Shown here: piece after piece, positions 37,842-53,715 of the stretch | Position numbering within the stretch: position 1 is the stretch's first letter | Layout: each line of letters starts with the position of its first letter | Assembly (NCBI RefSeq): GCF_009914755.1 | Contig: NC_060935.1 | Direction: 5' to 3' (one strand) | Length of the DNA: 64,000 nt | Source: the human T2T-CHM13v2.0 reference genome, Homo sapiens | Notes under the pieces: model-generated | Databases searched by the model: none | Told to the model about the DNA's origin: nothing | What the model saw: the letters and a program-made list of their open reading frames with translations, nothing else | Translations under genes and position numbers: made by a program

Positions 37842-39009
37842 AAAAGAATAGATATAAATTGCTAATATCAGGAATGAAAGAGAGAACATCGTTACAGATA
37901 TTTCAGATATTAAAAGGATAAAATATTATCAATAATATAATGCCAAAAAAATTGGCAACTTAGATGAAATGGACAAATTTCCTAAAAGAATGCAACTTAC
38001 CAAAACTGACTCAAGAAGAAATAGGAAATCTGAATAAACCTATGTCTTATTAAATAAATTAAATTTGTAATTAATCACCTTTACACACAGAAAAATCTCT
38101 GGGGCCAGATGGCTTCCTAATGAATTCTACATTCAACATTCAAACATTTCAAGAAAAAAATAATACAAATTCTACATAAGCTCTTTCAGAAAATAGAAGA
38201 TGAGGCCAGTATTCCCTGTTAAGAAAACTTGACAAAGACATTATATGAAAAGAAAATTATAGATCACTGTCCTTTATGAACATGGATAAAAAAAATCCTT
38301 CCAACACAATTAGCAAATTGTATCTAGTAATATTTTTAAAGGATAGCAATACATAATCAAGTGGGGTTTATTCCTGGAATACAATCTTGGCTTTACATTT
38401 GTAAATCAATTAATGTAATTTATCATATTAACCTAGTAACAGAATTTAATGTTAATTTATAATTTAATATGTTAGTTTATCATATTATCATGGTAACAGA
38501 ATATGGTGCATTTCAATAGATGTAGGAAGAGTGTTTAACAACAGTTAACATCCATTCATGATCAAAACTCTGCAAACTAGGAATAGAACTTCTTCAACAT
38601 GATTAACACTATCTACAAAAAAACCTACATCTAACATCATACTGAATGGTGTAAAACTGAATATTTTTCCACATAAATTTGGAACAAGGAAATATAATGC
38701 TGGAGGTCAGAGCTAACGTAAAAAGGCAAAACAAAAAGGGAAGGACATACCGTTTGGAAACAAAGAAATAAAACTATTTGTAATTACAGATGACATGACT
38801 GTATACCTAGAAAATCCTAAAAAGTCTTCCTACTAGAATTAATAAATGAGATTAACCTTGTTTCAGCATACAAGATTAACATGTAAAAATCAATTGCATC
38901 TGTATATATTAGCAACAAACAATTGGAAAAGTAACTAAAATATAATTTATAAGAGCATTCAAAAAGATGAGCTACTTAGGTATAAATTTTTAAAAATTAT
39001 TCAAGATCT

Positions 39010-39999
39010 TAATTAAACTAAAGAGCTTCTGCATAGCAAAAGAAACTACCATCAGTGTGAAAAGGCAACCTACAGAATGGGAGAAAATTTTTGCAATCTA
39101 CCCATCTGACAAAGGGCTAATATCCAGAATCTACAAAGAACTTAAACAAAATTACAAGAAAAAAAAACCCATCAAAAAGTGGGCAAAGGATATGAACAGA
39201 CACTTCTCAAAAGAAGACATTTATGCAGCCAACAGACACATGAAAAAATGCTCATCATCACTGGTCATCAGAGAAATCCAAATCAAAACCACAACGAGAT
39301 AGCATCTCACGCCAGTTAGAATGGTGATCATTAAAAAGACAGGAAACAACAGGTGCTGGAGAGGATGTGGAGAAATAGGAATGCTTTTACACTGGTGGTG
39401 GCAGTGTAAATTAGTTCAACCATTGTGGAAGACAGTGTGGCAACTCCTCAAGGATCTAGAACTAGAAATACCATTTGACCCAGCCATCCCATTAATGGGT
39501 ATATACCCGAAGTATTATAAATCATGCTACTATAAAGACACATGCACATGTATGTTTATTGTGGCACTGTTCACAATAGCAAAAACTTGGAACCAACCCA
39601 AATGTGCATCAATGATAGACTGGATTAAGAAAATGTGGCACATATACACCATGGAATATTATGCAGCCATAAAAAAGGATGAGTTCATGTCCTTTGCAAG
39701 GACATGGATGAAACTGGAAACCATCATTCTGAGCAAACTATCACAGGGACAGAAAATCATACACCACATGTTCTCACTCATAGGTGGGAATTGAACAATG
39801 AGAACACTTGGACACATGGCAGGGAACATCACACACCAGGGCCCGTCATGGAGGGTGGACAGGGGGAGGGATAGCATTAGGAATTACCTAATGTAAATGA
39901 CGAGTTAATGGGTGCAGCAAACCAACATGGCACATGTATACCTATGTAACAAACCTGCACATTGTGCACATATACCCTAGAACTTAAAGTATAATTAAA
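39010..39999 (+). mobile_element. 5'-truncated L1PA (L1PA5-7-like)
   Basis: ORF2 C-terminus (RCWRGCGEIG...WKTVW...MFSLIGGN); 18-bp TSD aaaaattattcaagatct at 38992-39009 and 40000-40017. Confidence 0.95.
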
Positions 40000-40291
40000 A
40001 AAAATTATTCAAGATCTGCAAAATGGAAACTAAAACACTGCTAAGAGAAATTAAAGAAAATTTAAATGAACACAGGGATATATTATGTTCATAGATTGGA
40101 AACTCAATATAGTTAATACTTTCCAAATTAATTTATATCTTTAACTCAATTCCTATCAAAATCTCAGCAGATTATTTTTAGATATTGATAAGCTTATTCC
40201 AAAATTCACAAAGGACATCAAATACCCAAAACAATTTGAAAAAGAACTAAGTTGGGAGACTTATATTACCTGATTATAAAGCTACAATCAG

Positions 40292-40689
<398 letters not shown>

Positions 40690-40709
40690 CTACTATATGT
40701 GATCTATTA

Positions 40710-40790
40710 ATTTTTTCTGAGGCGGAGTCTCATTCTGTTGCCCAGGCTGGAGTGCAGTGGCATGATCTCAGCTCACCACAACCTCCATCT
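40710..40790 (-). mobile_element. Alu 3' fragment (severely 5'-truncated)
   Basis: tttttctgaggcggagtctc...ggagtgcagtggcatgatctcagctcacc. Confidence 0.85.
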
Positions 40791-40854
40791 TTTTAACAAA
40801 TGGTAATGGAACAACTTTGTATATTCATTTGGAAAAACTTGACCTCATCCCTTA

Positions 40855-41221
40855 TGATATGGTTTGGCTCTGTGTCTCCACCCAAATCTCACCTCGAATT
40901 GTAATTCCCACGTGTCAAAGGAGGGACCTGGTGGGAGGTGATTGGATCATGGGGGCAGTATCCCCCATGCTGTTCTCATGATAGTGAAGTGAGTTCTCAC
41001 GAGGCCTGATGGTTTAAAAGTGTTTGGCAATTCCCCCTTCGCTCTCTTTGTCTCCTGCCACCATGTAAGTCATGCCTTGCTTTCCCTTCACCTTCCACCA
41101 TGATTGTAAGTTTCTGAGACCTCTTCAGCCATGTGGAACTGTGTATCAACTAAACCTCTTTCCTTTATAAATTACCCAGTCTTGGGTAGTTCTTTATAGC
41201 AGTGTGAAAACAGACTAATAA
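40855..41221 (+). mobile_element. THE1D-like MaLR solo LTR
   Basis: Starts TGATATGGTTTGGCTCTGTGTC; perfect 5-bp TSD cctta at 40850-40854 and 41222-41226. Confidence 0.93.
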
Positions 41222-41527
41222 CCTTACCTCAAACATACACAAAAATTAACTCTAAAATTACCGTAAGTATAACAAAGAGGCTAAAACTATTAAACTTCTA
41301 AACATTGAGAAAATTTTTGCAAACTTAAGGTTAAAGACTTTGTGTGTGCGATTTTCTTTTTTGTTATTTTCTTTTCTGAAAGACACAAAAAAGCATTAAG
41401 CACAAAAGAACAAAATTAATAAATTAGACTTAATCAAAAGTAAAAACTCCTGCTCTGTGAAAGACAGCATTTTTAAATATTAAAAAGGCAAGTTTCAGAT
41501 ACATGTATATAATATATAGTTACATAG

Positions 41528-41923
<396 letters not shown>

Positions 41924-43648
41924 TGACAAGGAATTTATATCGAGAATATAAGAACTCCTATAACTCATTCAGAAACAGATAAGAGGCCCGATTTTTTTTA
42001 AATGGGCAAAATATTTAAACATCCATTTCACAAAAGAGGATTATGGGCAGCTAATAAATACGTAACAATATCTTCAACATAATCAATCTTCAGGGAAATG
42101 TAAATTAAAATTATGAGACAACATGAACTAAAACTTATGTGTAATGGTTAAAATTTGAAACACTGATAATAGTGTTAATGAGGATGTAGAACAACCGAAA
42201 CTCCAACAGTGTTAGTGGGAATATAAAATAGTACCACTTGGAAAAACAGTTTGGCAATTTCTTAAAAAGTTAAACACATGCTTTGCATACAACCCAGAAA
42301 TTTCATTCACAGAAAATAAAAACATTTGAGAGAAAAACAAAAGTATATGTCTAAACAAAGAGTTGTACACAAATGTTCATAGCATTTTTCATAATCGCTC
42401 AAAATTGGAAGCCACACAAATGTCTATCAGGAGGAATGGTGAATAAATTGTTGTGTATCAATACAACAGAGTACTACTCAGCAATAAAAAGAAACAAACC
42501 CCTGATGTATGCAACAGTATGGATAAATCTCAGAAGTGTTATGCTGAGCAAAAGAGCCCAGACCCAAAGTGTACACAGTGTGTGTGTGTATACACACAGA
42601 CACATACCCCTTAGAATATCTATCTATAAATCAGAATATGATACTTAATAGTGCTCCAATAACGTTACTTGTCTCTAAGTTCCACCCAAGAGATGACAGA
42701 ATCAGAAGGTTCTGATATTTCTTGGAGATCTTTAGCCAGCCCTCTGAACCCTAACAGTTCAGAAGTAATTACGGCCCGAGTTACAGATCAAGCCAGCAGA
42801 CACTACTTTCTTCTCTGGGTAATAAGACAAAACACAGGAAGCTGCGGCTTGGCAGTGATTCTTTGATAAAAGGAAAGCTTGTAGAACAAACCATAGGGAG
42901 GGAGAGGGATAGGAAGGAAGGAAGGAAGACACAAGTAGAATTGTGAAAAATTAGGTTTCTCCCTTCTGCTTTGACTCCAGGTTTTTTCTTCAGTTCTATG
43001 ATTGGTCATGTCTATAGGTAACAAATAATTACTGTGTTCAGTGCAGGATAGCCTGGTGGAAGGCAAACAGCCCTTGAAGCTCTCAGATCTAGGCTTCAAT
43101 GCCAACTTTTCTATTGCATGGCTGAGTGATCCTCAGCAGGAGACACAGGATCTCCGTATTGCAGTCTCCTCATCTCCAAGATGAGGATAATAAAAGAATC
43201 TAGCTTACAGGGGCATCCTGGGGATTAAACAGCACAGGCTTCCATTGAAATGTATTAGAAACTGGGTAGTCAAAAACTGGAGTTTTCAAGTGTGTGACCA
43301 AGAATAGACACAGGCTGCACAGAGCTCAGGGCCCAGTCCAGATTGGACGAGAAAGTTCCCTAGGCCAAGCTGGCTAAGCACCGCAGGTACCATTATAACG
43401 CCAGCCCTGAGGGATGTGAGCCAACTACTTAAGAATTAGAGAGGCCATAAAAGACTTCGGCCTCCTCCACCCCATTCCTCAGCCACTTTCCTCCCAGAGG
43501 ACCTAAGCTCTGTCCCCTACCACTGTTTGTCCTCTTGGTACTGGACTCCCCAGAGCAGAATGTGAGTGTGTCCTCCACCTGGGGAAGGATTGCGTCACAA
43601 GCTGGGTGCCTCCTGTGAAGTGTTTGCCCTGCTTGGGCTTAGTAAATA

Positions 43649-43660
43649 CAAATGGCGGCC
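43649..43660 (+). promoter_or_regulatory. YY1 motif
   Basis: CAAATGGCGGCC matches the YY1 core ATGGCGGC with an A-rich 5' flank. Confidence 0.5.
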
Positions 43661-43737
43661 ACCATCTGCCCTTGACCCTTCTGCTCCACGAGCGCGGAGG
43701 CTCCCTGGCCCAGTTGGTACTGGGTGCTTCTCCGCAG

Positions 43738-43756
43738 CGGCCGCCAGGGGGAGCCT
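43738..43756 (+). promoter_or_regulatory. CTCF binding motif
   Basis: CGGCCGCCAGGGGGAGCCT versus consensus TGGCCACCAGGGGGCGCTA; lies in a CpG-retaining unique patch with a NotI site at 43737-43744. Confidence 0.75.
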
Positions 43757-44018
43757 GGGCCGAGAGCTCTGGGAAATCGAACAACTCGTTGAGGTCTTAG
43801 TTATGGTAGAAAACCTTGAAGTGGTGTTAGGTCAGCACCTGCGAGGGTCTCATTCTAAATACACCAGTATTTGGAGGATGTTTGAGAAAGGGAAATTGTC
43901 CAACAGTTAAGTAAAAAGAGCTGGAAACAAATTATCTCCATACTCTCCCTTCACTGGCTGAGAGACTAGTCTGGGTCTTCCCTGACTGCCCAATTTACAT
44001 TCAGATGCTATGCAGTGG

Positions 44019-44185
44019 AGCCAGGTGCCGTGGGTCATGCTTGTAATCCCAGCACCTTAGGAGGCTGACGCAGGAGGATGACTTGAGCCCAGGAGTTCAA
44101 GGCTGCAGTGAGCCGTGATCACACCACTGTACTTCATCCAGCCTGGACAACAGTGTAAGACCCTATCTTAAAAAAAAAAAAAAAA
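44019..44185 (+). mobile_element. FRAM/FAM free Alu monomer
   Basis: Single monomer with A tail; near-TSD ctatgcagtgga / ctgtgtagtgga. Confidence 0.85.
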
Positions 44186-44651
44186 CTGTGTAGTGGAAAG
44201 AACAAGAATCAGAAGTCATGGGTGGATCCAAGACTGTTCTGGACCCTCCCTAGTTATGAGAACTTGGACATGTCTCTATTTCCCTGAGCCTTTGTTTTTT
44301 AATAATGTCTGTTACCATTCATCAGTTATTTTCCATATGCCATGCTGCCAAAAATTATCTCATTCAATCCTTGCCATAATTACATGAACAAAGTGTTTGC
44401 TATGTACAGTTTATAGATTAAGAACTGAGGCATAAAAAGTAGCTTACCCGAGGTTTTTAATCTACTAGTTGTTCAGATCTTTCTGACTTCAAAGAGTATG
44501 CTGAAGCCCTCTTCTATTTCCACTATACTCTCATTTTCAAATGAGCAATAGTAATAATAATAATATTGCCTTTATAACAGATTTTTACTTGCAAACTTGA
44601 AAGTTATTCAAATGATTATATTCTAAGTTTCTTGTTGTATGTTTTGGGATC

Positions 44652-45035
44652 TGCAATGAGCTGAATGACATATGAATGTCTCAAAATTCATATGTTAAAA
44701 TCTCAATCCCCAATATAATGGTATTAGGAAATGGGACCTTTGGGAGGTGATTCAGTCATGAGAGTGGAGCCCTCATGGATGGGATTAGTGCCCTTATAAA
44801 AGGGACCTCAGAGTGCTCTCTAGGGCACCCCCCACCGCTTTTTTTTTTCCACCATGTGAAGACACAATGAGAAGACAGCAGTCTGCAACACAGAAGAGGG
44901 CCCTCATCAGAACCTGACCATGTAGGCACCTTGATTTCAGACTTCCAGCCTCCAGAACTGTGAGAAATAAATGTCCATCATTTATAAGCCACCGAGTCTG
45001 TTACTTTATTGTAGGAGCCGAAACTGATTAACACA
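44652..45035 (+). mobile_element. MLT1A-like MaLR solo LTR
   Basis: aaaattcatatgttaaaatc...gggattagtgcccttataaaag...gacttccagcctccagaactgtgagaaataaatg. Confidence 0.88.
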
Positions 45036-45554
45036 AGGTCTAAAGGTCACTTTGCAAAGGGCTATGACATGGTATGTGAGTAGAGAGAGAAAAGGTCTGT
45101 GGAAAGGGCTGAAGGCAAGGCTGTGATCACAAGCGTGACAAGGGCCTGAGCAGAGCCCATCTCGGGAACCTCGGGCAGGCAACAGCCTTGCCCCTCTGCC
45201 TTCTCCCCTTGCCTGATGCTGATACTGTTATAGAACAGCCCTATCTCCTTCCTGGCCACTCCTTTGCCCGTGGAAGAGAAGCCCCCAGTCCTCTAATGAA
45301 AAGTCTGATGAAACAATCACCTCTCCCTTGGTTTAACTATGCAGGCTGAAGGTAGACTCTTGCTGCTTTATTCTTAGGAAATTCTCTGTGCCTCTCACAA
45401 AACATTGGCTCTTTAATTTACCCAACATCTTCCTCCACCCCCTCCTTCCACCAGCTCCAGGGATTGCATGACTTATAACAGCTAAAACTTTGAGCAACTG
45501 AAATGCCCATCCATAGAGGACAGATTAAATAAGTGATGCCACATCCTTAACAAT

Positions 45555-45880
45555 GTCCATTAGTTACCTAAAACTTTATGGTAGTTGAAATAAGTACAAC
45601 TCAAACTGCCTAAAGCCAAAATAGGGGTTTATTGGCTCTTGTAACTGAAAGGGCCTAGGACATCTGACTGCAGGTCTGGGAGGAATCAGGTGTTCAAATA
45701 ATGTTGTCAGGAACCTGCCTCTTTCCATCTCTTTTCTCTTTCTTTTGCATCAGCTTCATTCTCAGGCAGCAAAAATGGCTAAGAGCAGCTCTAGGTTTTT
45801 ATCTCACAAAATATACCTCCCCAGAAACTTTCAAGCAAAAATCCTGTGACTGTCCATTTCTGGACCAATCTCGGTGATTC
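45555..45880 (-). mobile_element. Old MLT1 LTR fragment
   Basis: aactcaaactgcctaaagccaaaataggggtttattggctcttgtaactgaaa. Confidence 0.55.
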
Positions 45881-48165
45881 AGACCAGGTCAAGCCTTAAT
45901 TAAGGGATTGATATAACATAAAGATTAGACCATTAAACTTCTAAAAGGAGACATGAGAAAATCTTCACAACCTAGGGATAGGCAAAGATTTTCTTAGATA
46001 AGATACAAAAAAGCACTACTTATAAAGGAAAAGAATGATAAATTGAACTTAACTGAAGTTAAAAGCTGTTGTTTGACAGATATCATTTGAAAATGGAAAG
46101 GTAAGACTCAGACTGAGAGAAAACAATGTCTCTTACACTGTAAAATAGTTCTGCCACTGTTAAAAAAGACATGAATATATGTGTGTCAGTATGAAAAAAA
46201 TTGAAAAGATAGAGATATAGTGAATGAGTGAATAAAACAGAAATATCTTATCTAAAGTAGTTCACAATATTTATTGAATGAATCTTCAAAATATATTATT
46301 AAATTTAAAAGATGTACAGATTGATCTATGTTTTTAAAAAGTATTTTGTGTATGTGTGTAAATGCATAGAAACAGATTAGAAGGGGTAACAGAAAGGTGG
46401 GCTTTTGATTTTTACCCCCTTATACTTATGTAGATCTTTAATTTATATCAAAATAAGTAGAAAATAAAAGATAATAAAAATCATCATGCTATCTTAAGCC
46501 CTCAGACCACACCCTTCCTGGAGTAGAAGAGCCATATCTTGTGGTTCTGGGAATTTCTCCAGATCCTGCCTCCCAACCCCACTTTAAAGTTTCATGCATG
46601 ATTGATTTTTCAAGTTTTAGTCCCGTTTGTGTAAAACTGAGCTTCTTGCACTTGACAAATTGACTGGCTAGCTCTTAATTTGCCTTTTCTCCAAGACGCT
46701 ACCTCTCTAGTCATTTCCTCAGTCCCACCCATTTCGGCTGTTAAATGAATGATACGCCAACCAGTCATTGATCTAAGCTCCCTACACACTATGTCCTGCC
46801 CCAGCAATGTCCTCAGCAAAACAAGTGAGGAATCAACCTGGCTTTCCCAATAGGGTAAAATGTTTGCAATAGGACTTTGAGTAATTTGAATTATGTGAGA
46901 CATAAGCGCATGAGAAAAACTAGCACATTTAACATGTGTTTAACACATAAGCATTACTATTTTCATTGAGTATGAACAGAACAAGCTTCATTATTGCCAT
47001 TTTAAATAGAGGGGGAGATTGAACCTCCAAGTTTGAAGAACATGCCCTAAGTCACACAGCTAGTAAGTGGCTCTGGCGCAAAAGGAAGTCTGTCTGAATA
47101 TAAAGTTTATTCTTTCTCTTTTAACTACACCAGTTGGCAATGGGGAATATGAGGTGAGAGTAGGACCTTGGCTATCCCCAAATTTCCCTCCTGTAAATTT
47201 AGAACTAACAGACTCTATCTAAAGAATGAAGAAAGTTTCTAATCAGATTTTATGTCCTCTGCACATCCCATAGATAATGTTGTTTTGAAATAGCCAAGGT
47301 ACTAACCATCTCTGAGCAGAAATGGACATCCCATCATCTGGAATGTGTCCCAAGTGGGCCTTATGAAAATTTTTAAGTCCCTGACAAGAGGAAGCTGACT
47401 ACTCAAAATAGCTTGATTATTTTTCCACTCTCCCAAATCAAGAGGAGTGATTTCCTTGAAAATATAAGGATTTCAGAACTTTCAGAAGTGCTTCAAGTAA
47501 AACAAGATATAAGAATGTGCCTTATGAAGAATACGCCCATAATTTCCTCCCATTCAAATCCTCTTGGGAAAATACATTCACCTCAGTGCCAAAGTGGCAA
47601 CTCTATAACATGTGACCAAGTCCCCTGATCACAGCTGATTGGGCCTGAGATGAACACAGGAAATTGAGGTAGTCATATTCTATTACCAGGTGGAGATGAT
47701 TTGAACTCAGGGAACAACTCAAGGAAGTGGTAAAGCATTGGTCTAAACATTGAAGAAATAAAAGTCATAAAACTGAACAGTGAGACTTCCCAGGACGTTG
47801 GCAGCTAGGAGTATAACCCTGCTCAAGAGAAAAGACACACATATACTGACATTTTGATGACCCCTCCAGCCTAAGGAAACAGCAAGGTTAGCCCTGATCA
47901 GTGAAGTCCACTAACATCTTTTCTCCCCTCCCCCACCCCGCTTGATCTCTCTCTCTCACACACACACCTCTCCAATCAGCATGTAGTCCCTGTTTTTAAA
48001 ACATTAAAAAGACACACACACACACAAGGCTTACCATACATTTGAGGAAAGCCTTTTACCATAACAGACAAATAAAATTTAAAAACCAGAGGAAAAAAGG
48101 GGGAGAAGAGAGAGAGAGACATGGACAAATTAGAAAAAATTAATTTCCTGAATTTTAAAAATTAT

Positions 48166-48459
<294 letters not shown>

Positions 48460-48499
48460 TTATAATACACTCAAGGAAATGGCAAATGAGGTTATTAAT

Positions 48500-50539
48500 G
48501 TGGGACTAGATAAGAGAACCATTCTTCTATTGGAAACATCTATAAAAACTGCATTTTAAAAAAGTTTAAAACTGCCTAGAGTACTGAAGGGCCCAAAAGA
48601 TAGTGAAGAACTGGTGGACCAAGATGCATAAGACGACAGAGCTAACATGGAATTAGGAGCTTCTTTTAGAGACACTTATCAATTCTAGAAAAAGTATCTG
48701 AGTTGTTTAGCAGCCTTTGATAAGCTTGCAGGCCTGGGGACCAACAGGAGATATCCAAGGCCTGCCAAGGAATAGAAGGTGATAAACTTGCTATGTTTGG
48801 GTTAGGATCCTAAAGGGCTATAACTTAGAAGTAAAGGCAAATCAGAAGGTGACTCACTTGTAGGAAATGCAGCCATGTTTTAAATTATCTCACTTGCTGA
48901 AATTACATTAAGTTTATCCCAAACTGGTAGTGGATCCAGAAACTTCACAGAAGCAAAGTAAAATCCTTTCCAGAGGAGGAACATAACTTCCAAGTCCTCA
49001 CATGATTTCTAAAATAATTTTCACATATAAGATCTGGCACACAATCTTAAAATAACTTGGCATACCGTAAGGCAAGGCAACAGAAAAGACACCCAGCAGA
49101 AATAACAGACAATAGACACAAACTCACAGAGATCCAAAGATTGCATAATTAAACAGTCTTTAACATAATTTGTGTCAATATGATAAAAGATAAGATGTAC
49201 AGTTTCAGTAAAGACCTAAAAATAGGTACTTTTAAAACTCATAAAAGGACTTCTGCCATTTATGAGAAACTATCTTATATCAGAACAATACTTTGCCATA
49301 AACAACTAGAAAAAGTGGGTTTAAATGTCTTTTGGGAGACAAAGAAGAGCTCCCAACTTGGCCAGGAGATGAAGGGATGTGAGCCCAGAGATGGGAATCT
49401 CATAATTGGGCATGGATTTTTCCTTTGAAGCATTTGCTTCAAAAATGAAAAAGAACAATTTGAAAGCAGGGTAGAGAAAGAGAATATATTATCCGTACAA
49501 AAAAGCCCCACAACAATCACAGCTAACTTCTCAACAGAAGCTCTAAAAGCAAGAAATCAATGGGATGACTTGTTTAAAGTGCCAAAGGACATTAAATGTT
49601 CATAGAAATAGAAACAAAATTCTTAGGCTGGGTGCAGTGGCTTGCACCTGTAATCCCAGCAATTTGGGAGGCTGAGGCAAAAGGATTGCTTGAGGTTAAG
49701 AGTTCAAGAAACAGAATTCCTTATAGCAAAATAATATAAATCAATAGAATTGAAAACAAAAAAAGGAGAAAAAAGTAATGAAATCTAAAGCTAGTTAGTT
49801 GAAAAGATCAATATAATTGATAAATCTCCAGCCAGACTGATGAAGAAAAAAAAATTTTAAAGATACACATTACCAACAATAAGAATGCAGAGGCAGGGAA
49901 GATATGGACATCACCACAGATTCTACAGACATAACAGGATAATAAAGGAATACTATGATCAACTTTATGCCAATATGCTTGATAACATAGATAAAATAAA
50001 TTCCTGAAAATTGTGAACTATCATAGCTCACTCAAGAAGAAACAGATAACATGAATAGTCCTATATCTATTACATAAATTGAATGTGTTGTTTAAAACAC
50101 TCCCTCAATGAAAACTCTGGGCCCTGATGGCATTACTGGTAAATAATATCAAGCATTTTAAGAAGAAATAATATCAATTCTATTCAAAATCTTCCAGAAT
50201 ATGGAAGAGAAACACTTACCAACATATTTTGTAAAGCCAGAATTTTCCTAATATTGAAACCAGAAAAAAAAAATTTAAAAAACTGCATAAAATTTGTCTT
50301 GTAAATAGACATAAAACTCTTCAACAAAATAGTAGTCAAACTCTAAAGGCTATATACTGTATATAGCCTTTAGAATTTGTATATTCCATTTACATGACAT
50401 CTGCCAAACTCCAGAGGCAGAAACCAAATCATTAATTACTTGGAGCTTGGATGGGAGAAGACTGATTTCAAACAAGCATAAGAGAACTTTTTTGTGGTGA
50501 CGAAAATGTTCTATATGTCTCTTGCAGTGGTAGTTACAT

Positions 50540-50573
<34 letters not shown>

Positions 50574-50650
50574 TTGAATTTATACCTAAAAAGGGAAAGT
50601 TTTACTGAATGTAAATTATGCCTGAATTAGCCTGAACTTTAAAAACAATA
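48500..50650 (+). mobile_element. Old L1M fragments (5' region, ORF2, 3'UTR) with an Alu left-arm fragment at 49626-49710
   Basis: ORF2 landmarks aactttatgccaat, ctcaagaagaaacagataac, gggccctgatggc. Confidence 0.6.
50543..50571. repeat. (TA)n microsatellite
   Basis: Direct reading of the sequence. Confidence 0.95.
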
Positions 50651-50741
50651 CCACTTACAATAGTGTCAGTTTCCTGAGGCTGCTGTAACAAATTACTACA
50701 AACATGATGACTTAAAACAACAAAAATGTATTTTCTCATAG

Positions 50742-53215
<2,474 letters not shown>

Positions 53216-53715
53216 AAGAATACCTGTGATAGCACTTAGGACCCACCCAGATAATTCAGGACAATTTCCTCACCTCAAGATCCTTAACCTAATCACATCT
53301 GCAGAGACCTTTTTTTCCAAATAAGATAACATTTATAGGTTTTTGGGAACTAGGACCCAACATTGTTACAGGCCATTTTTCAACCTACCCCAAGTAGGAT
53401 CAAAAAACATCAAGTATCTAGCAATAAATTGGATTAACTATGATTAAGGCCTCTACACTGAAAACCACAAAATGTTATTGAGAGAAATGAGAAACTTAGA
53501 TAAATGGAAGGAGAGACCATTTTCATGACTGTATAGACTTAATATTTTAAGACACCAATTCTCTCCAAATCCTCATATAAGTTACATGCAAAGCTGACCA
53601 AAATGTCAATACTTTATTAATGGAAATTGACAAGCTGATTCTCAAATTTATATAAAAATGCAAATCTGAGAAGAGCCAAAACAAACTTGAAAAAATTAAA
53701 AAAGAGGAATTAGGA

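Noticed and set aside
43503-43910. Overlapping ORFs at the GC-rich patch
   Set aside because: Explained by locally high GC content; the motif content points to a regulatory role instead
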